Assembly: GCA_965222375.1 (NCBI GenBank)
Contig: CBDCTZ010000012.1
Coordinates: forward strand, 512,001-576,000
Source of the DNA: Polyangiaceae bacterium
GTDB lineage: Bacteria; Myxococcota_A; Polyangia; Polyangiales; Polyangiaceae
DNA length: 64,000 nt
Reading direction: 5' to 3'
Shown here: positions 1 through 8,459 of the stretch, in pieces
Layout: each line of letters opens with the position of its first letter
Numbering within the stretch: the stretch's first letter is position 1
The notes under the pieces: generated by a model
The model's database searches: none
Told to the model about the DNA's origin: nothing
Seen by the model: the letters and a program-made list of their open reading frames with translations, nothing else
Program-made: the position numbers and the translations under genes

Positions 1-187
1 AGAGCAACCCGAGCTTTCGGTAGGCTGCCAGATCGAGTCCCACGCTGGCAGAGTGCGCGGTCGCGACGTCGTTTACCCATCGCACCCAGGCCACGTTGCC
101 AGCGTGTCCAAGGTCATCGATGTCGGATGCGGGCACACAAAAGTGGTGCGAAAAAGAATTCGCGTTTGGGAATTGCTCGGTTGCCAC
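1..187 (-). CDS. Acyl-CoA thioesterase (4HBT/YbgC-like hotdog fold), 3' end truncated by window edge
   Basis: Manual translation from GTG at 187: VATEQFPNANSFSHHFCVPASDIDDLGHAGNVAWVRWVNDVATAHS... The DIDxLGHxxN..W motif is typical of this family. Not in the ORF track because it runs off the window. Confidence 0.75.
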   Translation of the reverse strand, partial: MATEQFPNANSFSHHFCVPASDIDDLGHAGNVAWVRWVNDVATAHSASVGLDLAAYRKLGLL

Positions 188-280
188 GAGGGCGGACGCT
201 ACTGCGAAGCCATGCGCGCAGTCAGCTTTCCAGCGGAAAAGCTGCTTTTTGGGCGGTTTTGAGCTATTTATATCAACCCT

Positions 281-997
281 ATGAGCTTCGATCGCGTCGT
301 GCCGTCAGAAGGTAGTCGGCGACGCCGGCTTTCCGTGCTCGGCATGGAAGCTCTGGCGTTTGCGCGACAGGCCGCACTGATGCCGCTCAACGTCGGTTCT
401 CGTGCACCTGACGTGGTGCCAGAGAGCGATGACATCGTGGTTCTGTTACACGGCCTGTTCGCGACCGCGGGTGTGCTGCGGCCTTTGAGTCAGCGCATCG
501 AGCTGGAAGCCTCCGCCCACACGGCATCGTTTTCCTACGCGCCGGGCCCGGGCGTGCACGCGGTGGCGCGCCGCCTTGGCAGGTTGCTTGCGCCGTTGCC
601 TGCCGGCGCACGCCTGCACGTCGTCGGCCACAGCATGGGTGGCATCGTGGCGCGGTGGTTCGTGCAAGAGCTCGGTGGCGACCCTCGAATCGTCCAGACT
701 ATCTCCTTGGGCAGCCCCTTCAATGGCACCCGAACCGCCCGCTTCATGCCCACGACGGCCGGTCGCGACATCTCGCCAGACTCCAAGGTCCTGCATCGGC
801 TGGCGGAGCGCCCAAGCCACGGCGTGCCTCACCTATCGGTCGCCGCTTCCGACGACACCGTGGTGACCGAACTCGCGGTGTTCCGCCAAGGTGAGCGGGT
901 CCTGATCGAGGGCTGCGGCCACAATGGGCTGCTTTTCGATGCCAGGGTGGCGGAGGTCGTGGTGTCGCGCATCGTAGCCAGCCGCAGCTGGGCCTGA
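281..997 (+). CDS. Alpha/beta-fold hydrolase (lipase/esterase-like)
   Basis: VVLLHGL oxyanion motif, GHSMGG nucleophile elbow, SLGSPFNGT, DDTVV Asp, GHNGLL His. Confidence 0.9.
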   Translation: MSFDRVVPSEGSRRRRLSVLGMEALAFARQAALMPLNVGSRAPDVVPESDDIVVLLHGLFATAGVLRPLSQRIELEASAHTASFSYAPGPGVHAVARRLGRLLAPLPAGARLHVVGHSMGGIVARWFVQELGGDPRIVQTISLGSPFNGTRTARFMPTTAGRDISPDSKVLHRLAERPSHGVPHLSVAASDDTVVTELAVFRQGERVLIEGCGHNGLLFDARVAEVVVSRIVASRSWA

Positions 998-1066
998 TTC
1001 GTGGCGGGCCCCGGTTGGGCCCACATTCTCGTTATCTTCCGGACGACGCCGTGGTAGCTCCCGCCC

Positions 1067-1633
1067 GTGCGAACGCTTTTGCGCCTGCTAGTCCTGGTTT
1101 CCGCACTTGCGGGGGGCCTGCTCTGGCCCGGGGTTGCTCAGGCGGACGTTTCGAGCTGGTTGTACCTTGGCGGCGGCGCAGGCATGGTGGAAGTGCCGGA
1201 CAAGACCAGCGAATGGGTGCCCTCCCTGCAACTGGACACCGGAATCGGGACCCCGCCCTCGGGGCTGGTCATGGTCGGTGGTGGCTTCCGGCTGCACACG
1301 TTTTTCGGCGATGGCTCGGATCTGGGCCTGGTGGCGCGCACCGCGAGCCGAGGCTTCGTAAACGGGGGTTTTGGGGCTGCCGTGGACCTGGGGGGCTACC
1401 AGCGCTGGTGGGGACCCGGATCTACAGGGTTGATGGCGTCCCTCAACCTAGGGGCGCCATGGGGCATCGTCTTGAGCGGAACCGGCGGCCGAGGTAGCAA
1501 CGAAGGACAGCACTTCGCTGTCACCCTAGGCATCGATCTGGCTCGGCTGACCGTGTATCGGCGCACGGGGGACAGCTGGTGGCGCAATACCTTCCCCGCC
1601 TACCGCCCCGAGGAGTCTCGGCGAGGCCGCTAG
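1067..1633 (+). CDS. Secreted protein, probable small outer-membrane beta-stranded protein
   Basis: Sec signal peptide ending AQA, followed by Gly-rich alternating amphipathic segments. Confidence 0.65.
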   Translation: MRTLLRLLVLVSALAGGLLWPGVAQADVSSWLYLGGGAGMVEVPDKTSEWVPSLQLDTGIGTPPSGLVMVGGGFRLHTFFGDGSDLGLVARTASRGFVNGGFGAAVDLGGYQRWWGPGSTGLMASLNLGAPWGIVLSGTGGRGSNEGQHFAVTLGIDLARLTVYRRTGDSWWRNTFPAYRPEESRRGR

Positions 1634-1791
1634 GCTGCCCTCCCGGACGCGAACGGTCCCGGAGTGGTGCGCAGCCAGGAGAATCTCACCGCCAAACTCC
1701 GGCCAGTCGTGGACAGCACCGGGCGAAAGCTGCAAAAATCCGGCGTGTCGGCTTTCGACAGCCCTGGAAATTAGTCTAGTATGGTGGGGTT

Positions 1792-3315
1792 ATGGGTCTC
1801 TCTCCGGTGAAGGCCGGCAGCATCCTGGCTGGCAAGTACGAGGTAGAACAAATCCTCGGTGAGGGAGGCATGGGGGTCGTCGTTGCTGCTCGCCATGTTG
1901 ATCTAGATCAACGCGTTGCGGTGAAGTTTCTGCTTCCGGAAGTCGCGGAGCACCAGGACGCTGCTGAGCGCTTCCGCCGTGAGGCACGCGCCGCAGTCAA
2001 GATCACGAGCGAGCATGTCGCGCGGGTGATCGACGTCGGCAGCCTGGACGACGGGATCCCTTACATGGTGATGGAGTTCCTCCAGGGCCATGACTTGTCC
2101 GAAGAACTCAAGACGGGGCCACTTCCGATCACCGAGGCGGTGGGCTGGGTATTGCAGGCCTGTGAAGCCGTCGCAGAGGCTCACGCCGCTGGCATCATCC
2201 ATCGCGACTTGAAGCCTGCGAATCTGTTCTTGCATCGAAAGGCAGACGGCACCCGGATCGTGAAGGTGTTGGACTTCGGCATTTCGAAGTCCATTCCAGG
2301 CGGTTCCCTCGACGACTTGGCGCTGACGAGTACGGCGGCTTTGATCGGTTCACCCTTGTACATGTCGCCGGAGCAAATGCACTCCGCCAAGAGCGTAGAC
2401 GTGCGCACGGACATCTGGTCGTTGGGCGCGATCATGTACCAGCTCTTGGCCGGGCGGCCCCCGTACGTAGCGGACTCCCTGCCGCAATTGTGTTCGGCGC
2501 TGCTGAGCGACGTGCCACCCGCACTGAGCGGGCTACGCAAGGAAGTGCCGCTTGGTTTGGAAAGCGTGGTCATGGGCGCCCTGACCAAGGATCGGGAGCA
2601 GCGTTATGCCTGCGTTGCCGAGTTTGCTGCGGCTCTAGCGGAGTTCGCGCCAAACATGCGGGTGCACGTGGATCGCGCGTCGCGCATCCTCTCGGGCGTC
2701 GACACTAAGCTCGCTTCGGCCACGACGAACGCCTCCGCAGCTGCCGTCGTGGAGGCGAGTGCGATGACCGCAGATACTGCCACTCTCGCAGACGCCGCGT
2801 TCCGCGACACCATGGCGAGCGATCATCCGAAGTCGGATCCAGGGGCGTCCACTCTGGCGTCCTGGGGCAAGACTGGAGATCACGAAAATGGGGCGAGTTC
2901 CTCTCCGCGCCGCGGGCGAGTGTTGGGAGCCATCGTCGCTGGCGTCGTGGTTGCCGGTGGGGTCGTGGCCTTCGGCGTTTCACGCACCACAGCGGTCGCG
3001 GATTCTTCCACCGCGGGCGCCGAGTTGACCGCGCCGGCTGCTTCCGCAGCCCCGGTCGAAAGCGAATTGGCTGTTGTGCCAGAGCCCGCCAAGTCCGAGG
3101 CGGTTGCCCCGGTGAACGACGACGCCGACTCCGGCGCGAAGGAAGACGACGAGGCGGCGGCCAAGGCAACGGCGAAAGCGAAAGCGGAGGCTGAAGCGAA
3201 AGCGAAAGCGGAAGCCAAAAAGTCGGCGCCTCGGCCCGCGGTCAAGCGACCTGCCGCCAAGAAGCCCGCTGTGAAGCCCACCTCGGTGCCTTCGCAATTT
3301 GGCGGCCGCCGCTGA
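1792..3315 (+). CDS. Membrane-anchored Hanks-type Ser/Thr protein kinase
   Basis: LGEGGMGVV, VAVK, HRDLKPANL, DFG, GSPLYMSPEQ, DIWSLG. TM helix VLGAIVAGVVVAGGVVAFGV, then an Ala/Pro/Lys-rich tail ending FGGRR. Confidence 0.97.
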   Translation: MGLSPVKAGSILAGKYEVEQILGEGGMGVVVAARHVDLDQRVAVKFLLPEVAEHQDAAERFRREARAAVKITSEHVARVIDVGSLDDGIPYMVMEFLQGHDLSEELKTGPLPITEAVGWVLQACEAVAEAHAAGIIHRDLKPANLFLHRKADGTRIVKVLDFGISKSIPGGSLDDLALTSTAALIGSPLYMSPEQMHSAKSVDVRTDIWSLGAIMYQLLAGRPPYVADSLPQLCSALLSDVPPALSGLRKEVPLGLESVVMGALTKDREQRYACVAEFAAALAEFAPNMRVHVDRASRILSGVDTKLASATTNASAAAVVEASAMTADTATLADAAFRDTMASDHPKSDPGASTLASWGKTGDHENGASSSPRRGRVLGAIVAGVVVAGGVVAFGVSRTTAVADSSTAGAELTAPAASAAPVESELAVVPEPAKSEAVAPVNDDADSGAKEDDEAAAKATAKAKAEAEAKAKAEAKKSAPRPAVKRPAAKKPAVKPTSVPSQFGGRR

Positions 3316-3323
3316 GAGGGAAT

Positions 3324-4361
3324 ATGCGGTTTTCAGTCCGTGATTTGGTCGGAGGCAGTTGTCTATGCGCAGCTCTACTCTGTGTCGCCAGCCCTGTTTC
3401 GGCGCAGCCGTCGGCCAGTGACAAGGCCGCTGCCGAGGCGCTGTTCGACCAGGCCCAAGAGCTGATGCAAGCAGGCAAAGTTGCGGCCGCATGTTCGAAG
3501 TTCGAACAGAGCCAACGCATCGATCCGGCGATCGGGACCCTATTGTATCTCGGCGATTGCTACGAGAAGTCCGGCCGCCTCGCTAGCGCTTGGGCCACCT
3601 TCCGCGAGGGCGCGAGCATGGCTCGCACCGCGGGGCAGACGGAGCGGGCCGAAGCGGGTGAGAAACGCGCCGCGTTGCTCGGCCCGCAGCTCGGCAAACT
3701 CGTGATCGTCGTCGACGAAAACACCCGCAACGTCCCCGGGCTCGTGGTGGAGCGCGGAGGTACTGGAGTCAATTCCGCCGTGTACGGGTCGTCGGTTCCC
3801 GTCGACGCCGGGATTCATCAGATTCGAGTGACCGCGCCGGGGTATAGGGCGTGGGATGGTAGCGTGGACGTGAAAGACGGAGCCGAGGCTCGTCTGCAGA
3901 TCCCCGCGCTGGCCAAGCTGCCCGAAGCGCCAACGGAAGCACCCGTTCCAGCGTCGCCGGCAGCACCTGAGCCCGTGGTCAGTCCGCCGCCTTCGGCACC
4001 CCCCGACTCGGACTCTGGCAGCGGCGATGGACAGCGCACCGCTGGAATCGTCTTGGGCGGGGTCGGCGTCGCCGGCGTCATCGTGGGCAGCATCTTTGGC
4101 ATCACTGCCATCAACAAGAACAGCGATGCCGAGGAACTCTGCCCGAAGGGCGATGTATGCGATGACCCGGAAGGGGTCACGCTGACTGACGACGCCAAGA
4201 GTGCTGCTCTGGTCAGCAACATCGCGTTCGGGGTTGGAGGCGCTGCTCTGATCGGTGGGGCCGTGCTCTACCTGACCGCGCCGACGGAAACGACGGCGTT
4301 GCGTGCGGTACCGGCGATTGCGAGGGACTCAGCGTTCATCCAGCTGGGAGGGCGGTTCTAA
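3324..4361 (+). CDS. Secreted TPR + PEGA-like domain protein with C-terminal hydrophobic hairpin
   Basis: Signal peptide; TPR-like helices (AEALFDQA...ACSKFEQSQRIDP..GTLLYLGDCYEKSG); PEGA-like VPVDAGIHQIRVTAPGY; Pro linker; two Gly-rich hydrophobic segments; terminal LGGRF. Confidence 0.85.
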   Translation: MRFSVRDLVGGSCLCAALLCVASPVSAQPSASDKAAAEALFDQAQELMQAGKVAAACSKFEQSQRIDPAIGTLLYLGDCYEKSGRLASAWATFREGASMARTAGQTERAEAGEKRAALLGPQLGKLVIVVDENTRNVPGLVVERGGTGVNSAVYGSSVPVDAGIHQIRVTAPGYRAWDGSVDVKDGAEARLQIPALAKLPEAPTEAPVPASPAAPEPVVSPPPSAPPDSDSGSGDGQRTAGIVLGGVGVAGVIVGSIFGITAINKNSDAEELCPKGDVCDDPEGVTLTDDAKSAALVSNIAFGVGGAALIGGAVLYLTAPTETTALRAVPAIARDSAFIQLGGRF

Positions 4362-5452
4362 TGCGACGCGCTGTGTTTTTCGCGGTTGCGCTGCTGGCGG
4401 CCTTGGGTTGCGAGAGCCTGGCTGGGATCGAGGACCGCACCTATCAGGCACCCATCAAGGGCAGCGCGGAATGCGAAGCCTATTGCCACGACGTCATGTC
4501 AGCCTGTGCCGACCAATACGCCGCATACCGAGATCGGGCCAGTTGCATACTGACCTGCGGCGCTCTGCCCCGCGGTGAAACCTCGCTTCAGAACACAGTG
4601 GAGTGTCGGGCCCAGAAGGCCAGTATTGCCGTGACGACCAAGGAGCCGGCAAGTGATTGTCCCTCAGCAGGCCCCTTTGGCATCGGTGCCTGTGGGTCCA
4701 CCTGCGAGGCCTATTGCAGTCTGCTGAAGCAGCTTTGCCCCTCGGAAGCCAAGGCCGTGACGGATTGCACTGCGAGCTGCCAGGCCCTGGCCGAGTCGAA
4801 AGTGTACGATTTGAGCAAGCTGACCTCCGGGGATACCTTGGAGTGTCGCATTCACTATCTGACTCTTGCAGCCGCGGATCCCGAGCAGTGCAAGAACGCT
4901 TCGGTGCTGCCTCGGCCCGGCAGCGCCTGCGTCGATCCGTCGGATGGCGCGCCTGAATGCGATGACTACTGTCGAGTGGCCCAAAGCGCTTGCACGGGTG
5001 CACTGTCCGTTTACGAGAGCGACGCCCAATGTCAGGCCGTGTGCAAAGCCTTGCCACCCGGAAAGATCGGCAACACCACGGAAAACACTGTCGGATGTCG
5101 CCTGTACCATTCGTACAGTGCTGTTGCGAACCCGCAAGGGCATTGCTCGCATGCGGGACCCGTTGGCGATGGCCATTGCGGTTTGGATGAGGGCGCCGCT
5201 TTCGGCAACTGCAAGTCCTACTGCATATTGATTGAAAGTGGCTGCAAGACAGACTTCGACGCGAAGTTCGCCTCTCAAAACGACTGCCTGAAGGATTGTG
5301 CTTCGCTCACGGGCCACGCCGAGGACCAGGGCTATGACATCACATCTGCGGCCAGCGGTGACAATGTGCAATGCCGTACCCTCCACGCCACTCGTGCGCT
5401 GAGCGACGCCACGGCGTGCGCTGCTGCCCTAGGCGCCGCGCCCTGCCAATGA
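4361..5452 (+). CDS. Cys-rich repeat lipoprotein
   Basis: Lipobox LAALGC. Four repeats of CxxYC...C...CxxxCxxL...(N/D)(T/N)(V/L)xCR. Start overlaps the upstream stop (TAATG). Confidence 0.85.
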   Translation: MRRAVFFAVALLAALGCESLAGIEDRTYQAPIKGSAECEAYCHDVMSACADQYAAYRDRASCILTCGALPRGETSLQNTVECRAQKASIAVTTKEPASDCPSAGPFGIGACGSTCEAYCSLLKQLCPSEAKAVTDCTASCQALAESKVYDLSKLTSGDTLECRIHYLTLAAADPEQCKNASVLPRPGSACVDPSDGAPECDDYCRVAQSACTGALSVYESDAQCQAVCKALPPGKIGNTTENTVGCRLYHSYSAVANPQGHCSHAGPVGDGHCGLDEGAAFGNCKSYCILIESGCKTDFDAKFASQNDCLKDCASLTGHAEDQGYDITSAASGDNVQCRTLHATRALSDATACAAALGAAPCQ

Positions 5453-5458
5453 GTGCAC

Positions 5459-5476
5459 GCCCCGGCGGGCTGGGGC
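5459..5476. terminator. Short hairpin between convergent genes
   Basis: GCCCCGG-cggg-CTGGGGC in the 26-bp gap between the Cys-rich lipoprotein and gcvPA stops. No U tract. Confidence 0.35.
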
Positions 5477-5478
5477 AC

Positions 5479-6831
5479 CTAGGCCGCGTCTAGGAGTGAC
5501 ACGAGTCTGTCCAGATCTTGCCGCGAGTGCTTCTCGGTGACGGCAACCAGCAGAATGTCTTTGGACTCGGGCTCGAAGCTACCCAGATCGACCCCCGCAA
5601 GGACGCTCTGGCCCGCGAGTTTTTTCACGATGGCCGTCGCGTCTCCGCCCCGAACACGAAAAGCCAGCTCGTTGAAGAAGGGGGCGTCGCCGAAGGCCAT
5701 GGAATAGCCCTCGAGGGCAATCACCTGGTCTCGAAGGTAGCGGGCCTTCGTCGCGCACTGCTGGGCGACCTCTAGGAAGCCCCGCTTGCCGAGCAGGCTG
5801 CTGCGGATCAGGAAAGAAAGCGCCAGGAGTCCCTGGTTCGTGCAGATGTTGCTCGTCGCACGTTCCCGCCGAATGTGTTGCTCTCGGGTGGATAGAGTCA
5901 GTACGTACCCGCGCCTGCCGTTGGAATCCACGGTTTCGCCGCACAGGCGCCCCGGCAACTGCTGCAAGTACTTACGCTCATGACGGCACGCAAAAAGGCC
6001 CACGCCGGGTCCCCCGAAGTTCGGTGGGCAAGCCAATGGCTGGCCTTCACCAATGGCGATGTCGACGCCCAGAGCGCCGGGGGATTCCGCTATGGCCAAG
6101 GCGTAGGGTTCGCTCGTCGCCGTGACGACCAGGCTGCCTTTGGCATGGGCCGCGTCCACGAGTCGACGTAGGTCAGTCAGAGTGCCGTAGAAGCTCGGAT
6201 AGCCGACTATGATTGCGGCGGTGTCTTCGCCCAGGGCGTCGATGATCTTGTCCGTATCGGCACCACCTGCGTTGCCTTCCGCAACTTCAGCGTAGGCGCC
6301 CTCCTGTGCGGTGAGATAAGTGTGAGTGGACGCCCGATAGTCGGGATGCACGCATCGGCTCACCAGAACTTTCGGGCGCTTGGTCAACCGGCGCGCCATC
6401 AGCGCAGCCTCCGCAGTGGCGCTCGCGCCGTCGTAGACACTCGCATTGGCGAGCGAAAGGCCGAAAAGCTCGCTGACGATGGTCTGGAACTCCCAAATCG
6501 CCTGCAGCGTTCCTTGCGCGACTTCCGGTTGGTAGGGCGTATACGCCGTATAAAACTCGCTCCTCAGCAGCAGCTGGTCGACCGCCGGCGGAATGTGGTG
6601 GTCGTACATACCGCCCCCCAGAAAGGAGAGCATGCCCGCGCCTGGATTCTTGTCCGCCAATGCCTGCAGGTGGCCCATGAGCCGTGGCTCGTCCAAGGCC
6701 TCAGGGACTTCCAGGTGGCCGGAAAACCGAGCCTCTTCTGGGATGCTCTCGAAAAGCTCGTCGATGTCGCCGCGGCCCGCCGCCGCGAGCATCTCTTGAA
6801 TCTCTTCGGGAGTATGCGGCAGATAGCGCAT
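5479..6831 (-). CDS. gcvPA: Glycine dehydrogenase (decarboxylating) subunit 1
   Basis: MRYLPHT start, YTAYTPYQPEVAQGTLQ, TREQHIRRERATSNICTNQ. ATG overlaps the gcvH stop (TGATG). Confidence 0.96.
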   Translation of the reverse strand: MRYLPHTPEEIQEMLAAAGRGDIDELFESIPEEARFSGHLEVPEALDEPRLMGHLQALADKNPGAGMLSFLGGGMYDHHIPPAVDQLLLRSEFYTAYTPYQPEVAQGTLQAIWEFQTIVSELFGLSLANASVYDGASATAEAALMARRLTKRPKVLVSRCVHPDYRASTHTYLTAQEGAYAEVAEGNAGGADTDKIIDALGEDTAAIIVGYPSFYGTLTDLRRLVDAAHAKGSLVVTATSEPYALAIAESPGALGVDIAIGEGQPLACPPNFGGPGVGLFACRHERKYLQQLPGRLCGETVDSNGRRGYVLTLSTREQHIRRERATSNICTNQGLLALSFLIRSSLLGKRGFLEVAQQCATKARYLRDQVIALEGYSMAFGDAPFFNELAFRVRGGDATAIVKKLAGQSVLAGVDLGSFEPESKDILLVAVTEKHSRQDLDRLVSLLDAA

Positions 6832-7238
6832 CAGTCCGAAGACTCCTCGACGTGCTTTCCGTAGGCCGCTGCGTCCAACAGCTCGCCTTGCTCCGCTTCC
6901 AAGTTCGTGGGAGTGATGGCGACCATCCAGCCCTGGTCCCAACAATCGTCGTTGATGAGTTCCGGCGCGTCTTCGAGCGCGTCGTTGATGCGGGCGATGG
7001 TTCCCGTTACCGGAGCGTAGAGGTCGCTCAGGGTCTTGACGCTTTCGATCGTGCCGAAGGCTTTGTGCGCCTCGACGGTGTCTCCGACGTTCGCGTCGAT
7101 GCTCACCAGTGTGATGTCACCCAGCTGCTCCACGGCAAACGCAGTGACACCGATCACCATTTCACTGCCGTCCTGCTTCGCCCACTCGTGGTCTTTGGTG
7201 TACTTGCGGTCGGCTTTGACTTCTTGGGGTGCGCTCAT
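6831..7238 (-). CDS. gcvH: Glycine cleavage system H protein
   Basis: YTKDHEW, GVTAFAVEQLGDI, lipoyl-Lys motif IESVKT, GWM. Confidence 0.97.
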   Translation of the reverse strand: MSAPQEVKADRKYTKDHEWAKQDGSEMVIGVTAFAVEQLGDITLVSIDANVGDTVEAHKAFGTIESVKTLSDLYAPVTGTIARINDALEDAPELINDDCWDQGWMVAITPTNLEAEQGELLDAAAYGKHVEESSD

Positions 7239-7300
7239 GGTGTGTCTCGCAATGGTCTATATAGTTGTAATGGGGGCGTTGGCTACCTCGGTTTCCGGGT

Positions 7301-8401
7301 CTACCTGGCACGCTTGTAGAAAGGAGTCTTGACGACGACAGCCTCGACCTGCTTGCCCCGACAGTCGACGAGAAACGTGGTACCAACTTCGGTTAGCGCC
7401 AAGGGCAGATAGCCCAGACCAATGCTCTTTCCGAGCGTGGGGGAGGGGCTGCCAGACGTGCAAACTCCGACGCTGGTGCCGTTGGTGTCGAGCAGGGGAT
7501 AGCCGTGGCGGGCAATGCCGCGCCCCACCATCTCGAAGCCTACTATCTTGCGGCTCAGGCCTTGTGCTTTGACTTGCGCCAGCGCCTGTTTGCCCACGAA
7601 GTCTGCACCGTCGAATTTGACCGTCCAGCCCAGACCCGCTTCGAGCGGGTTCGTCGTCTCATCGATGTCGTTGCCGTATAGCGATAGCCGAGCCTCCAGG
7701 CGCAGCGTGTCCCGGGCGCCCAAGCCTGCCGCCATGAGGCCGTCGTCCTTTCCAGCTGCCATGAGCTGCCGCCACAACTCGGCGGCTCTGTCTGCCGGAG
7801 CGAAGATTTCCGCGCCGTCTTCGCCGGTGTAGCCGGTGCGGGCCACCATCACGTCGTTGCCGCTCAGGTGCAGGGTCGTGAATCGAAAGGGCTTGAGTTC
7901 GGCGACTTGGCCAGCTCCAAGCTTGGAGAGGATGCCCAGCGCTTTGGGACCTTGGAGGGCCAGCAGGGCGATAGCGTCGCTCAGATCCGAAAACCCACAG
8001 TGGTTTTCCGCGGCCGCCCGGAAATGCGCTGCGATCTTGCTCCGGTTCGAGGCGTTGCAAACGACCAAGATGTCTTCGGCGCCGCGTTTGTAGACGATCA
8101 AGTCGTCCAGGATGGTCCCACGCTCGTTGCAGCAGCACGTGTACATCGCGCGGCCAACCTCGATCCGATCGAGATCGTTGGTCACCAAGTAGTTCACCAC
8201 GGATCCAGCGTGCTCGCCCTTGAGTTCGAGTTCGCCCATATGGGAGACGTCGAACAGCCCGGCTCGAGTACGCACGGCCTCGTGCTCGGCGCTGATACCG
8301 CTGTATTGAATCGGCAATTCGTAGCCCGCAAAGGGCACCAGACGAGCCCCGAGAGCCTTGTGTTCGTCATAAAGCGGAGTGCGCCGCGGAGCCTCGGTCA
8401 T
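7301..8401 (-). CDS. gcvT: Glycine cleavage system aminomethyltransferase T
   Basis: [43 protein letters not shown]. Start moved to ATG 8401. Confidence 0.97.
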   Translation of the reverse strand: MTEAPRRTPLYDEHKALGARLVPFAGYELPIQYSGISAEHEAVRTRAGLFDVSHMGELELKGEHAGSVVNYLVTNDLDRIEVGRAMYTCCCNERGTILDDLIVYKRGAEDILVVCNASNRSKIAAHFRAAAENHCGFSDLSDAIALLALQGPKALGILSKLGAGQVAELKPFRFTTLHLSGNDVMVARTGYTGEDGAEIFAPADRAAELWRQLMAAGKDDGLMAAGLGARDTLRLEARLSLYGNDIDETTNPLEAGLGWTVKFDGADFVGKQALAQVKAQGLSRKIVGFEMVGRGIARHGYPLLDTNGTSVGVCTSGSPSPTLGKSIGLGYLPLALTEVGTTFLVDCRGKQVEAVVVKTPFYKRAR

Positions 8402-8459
8402 TGCGGCCGAGGTCGTAGATCGGCCCGGAGCCTGACACAATCGTTGACTGCGATTGGAG

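Noticed and set aside
4361..5452. Multiheme cytochrome c
   Set aside because: Cys spacing is CxxxC; no repeated CxxCH motifs.
8402..8459. Glycine riboswitch upstream of gcvT
   Set aside because: Only 58 bp of intergenic space and no recognisable aptamer motifs.
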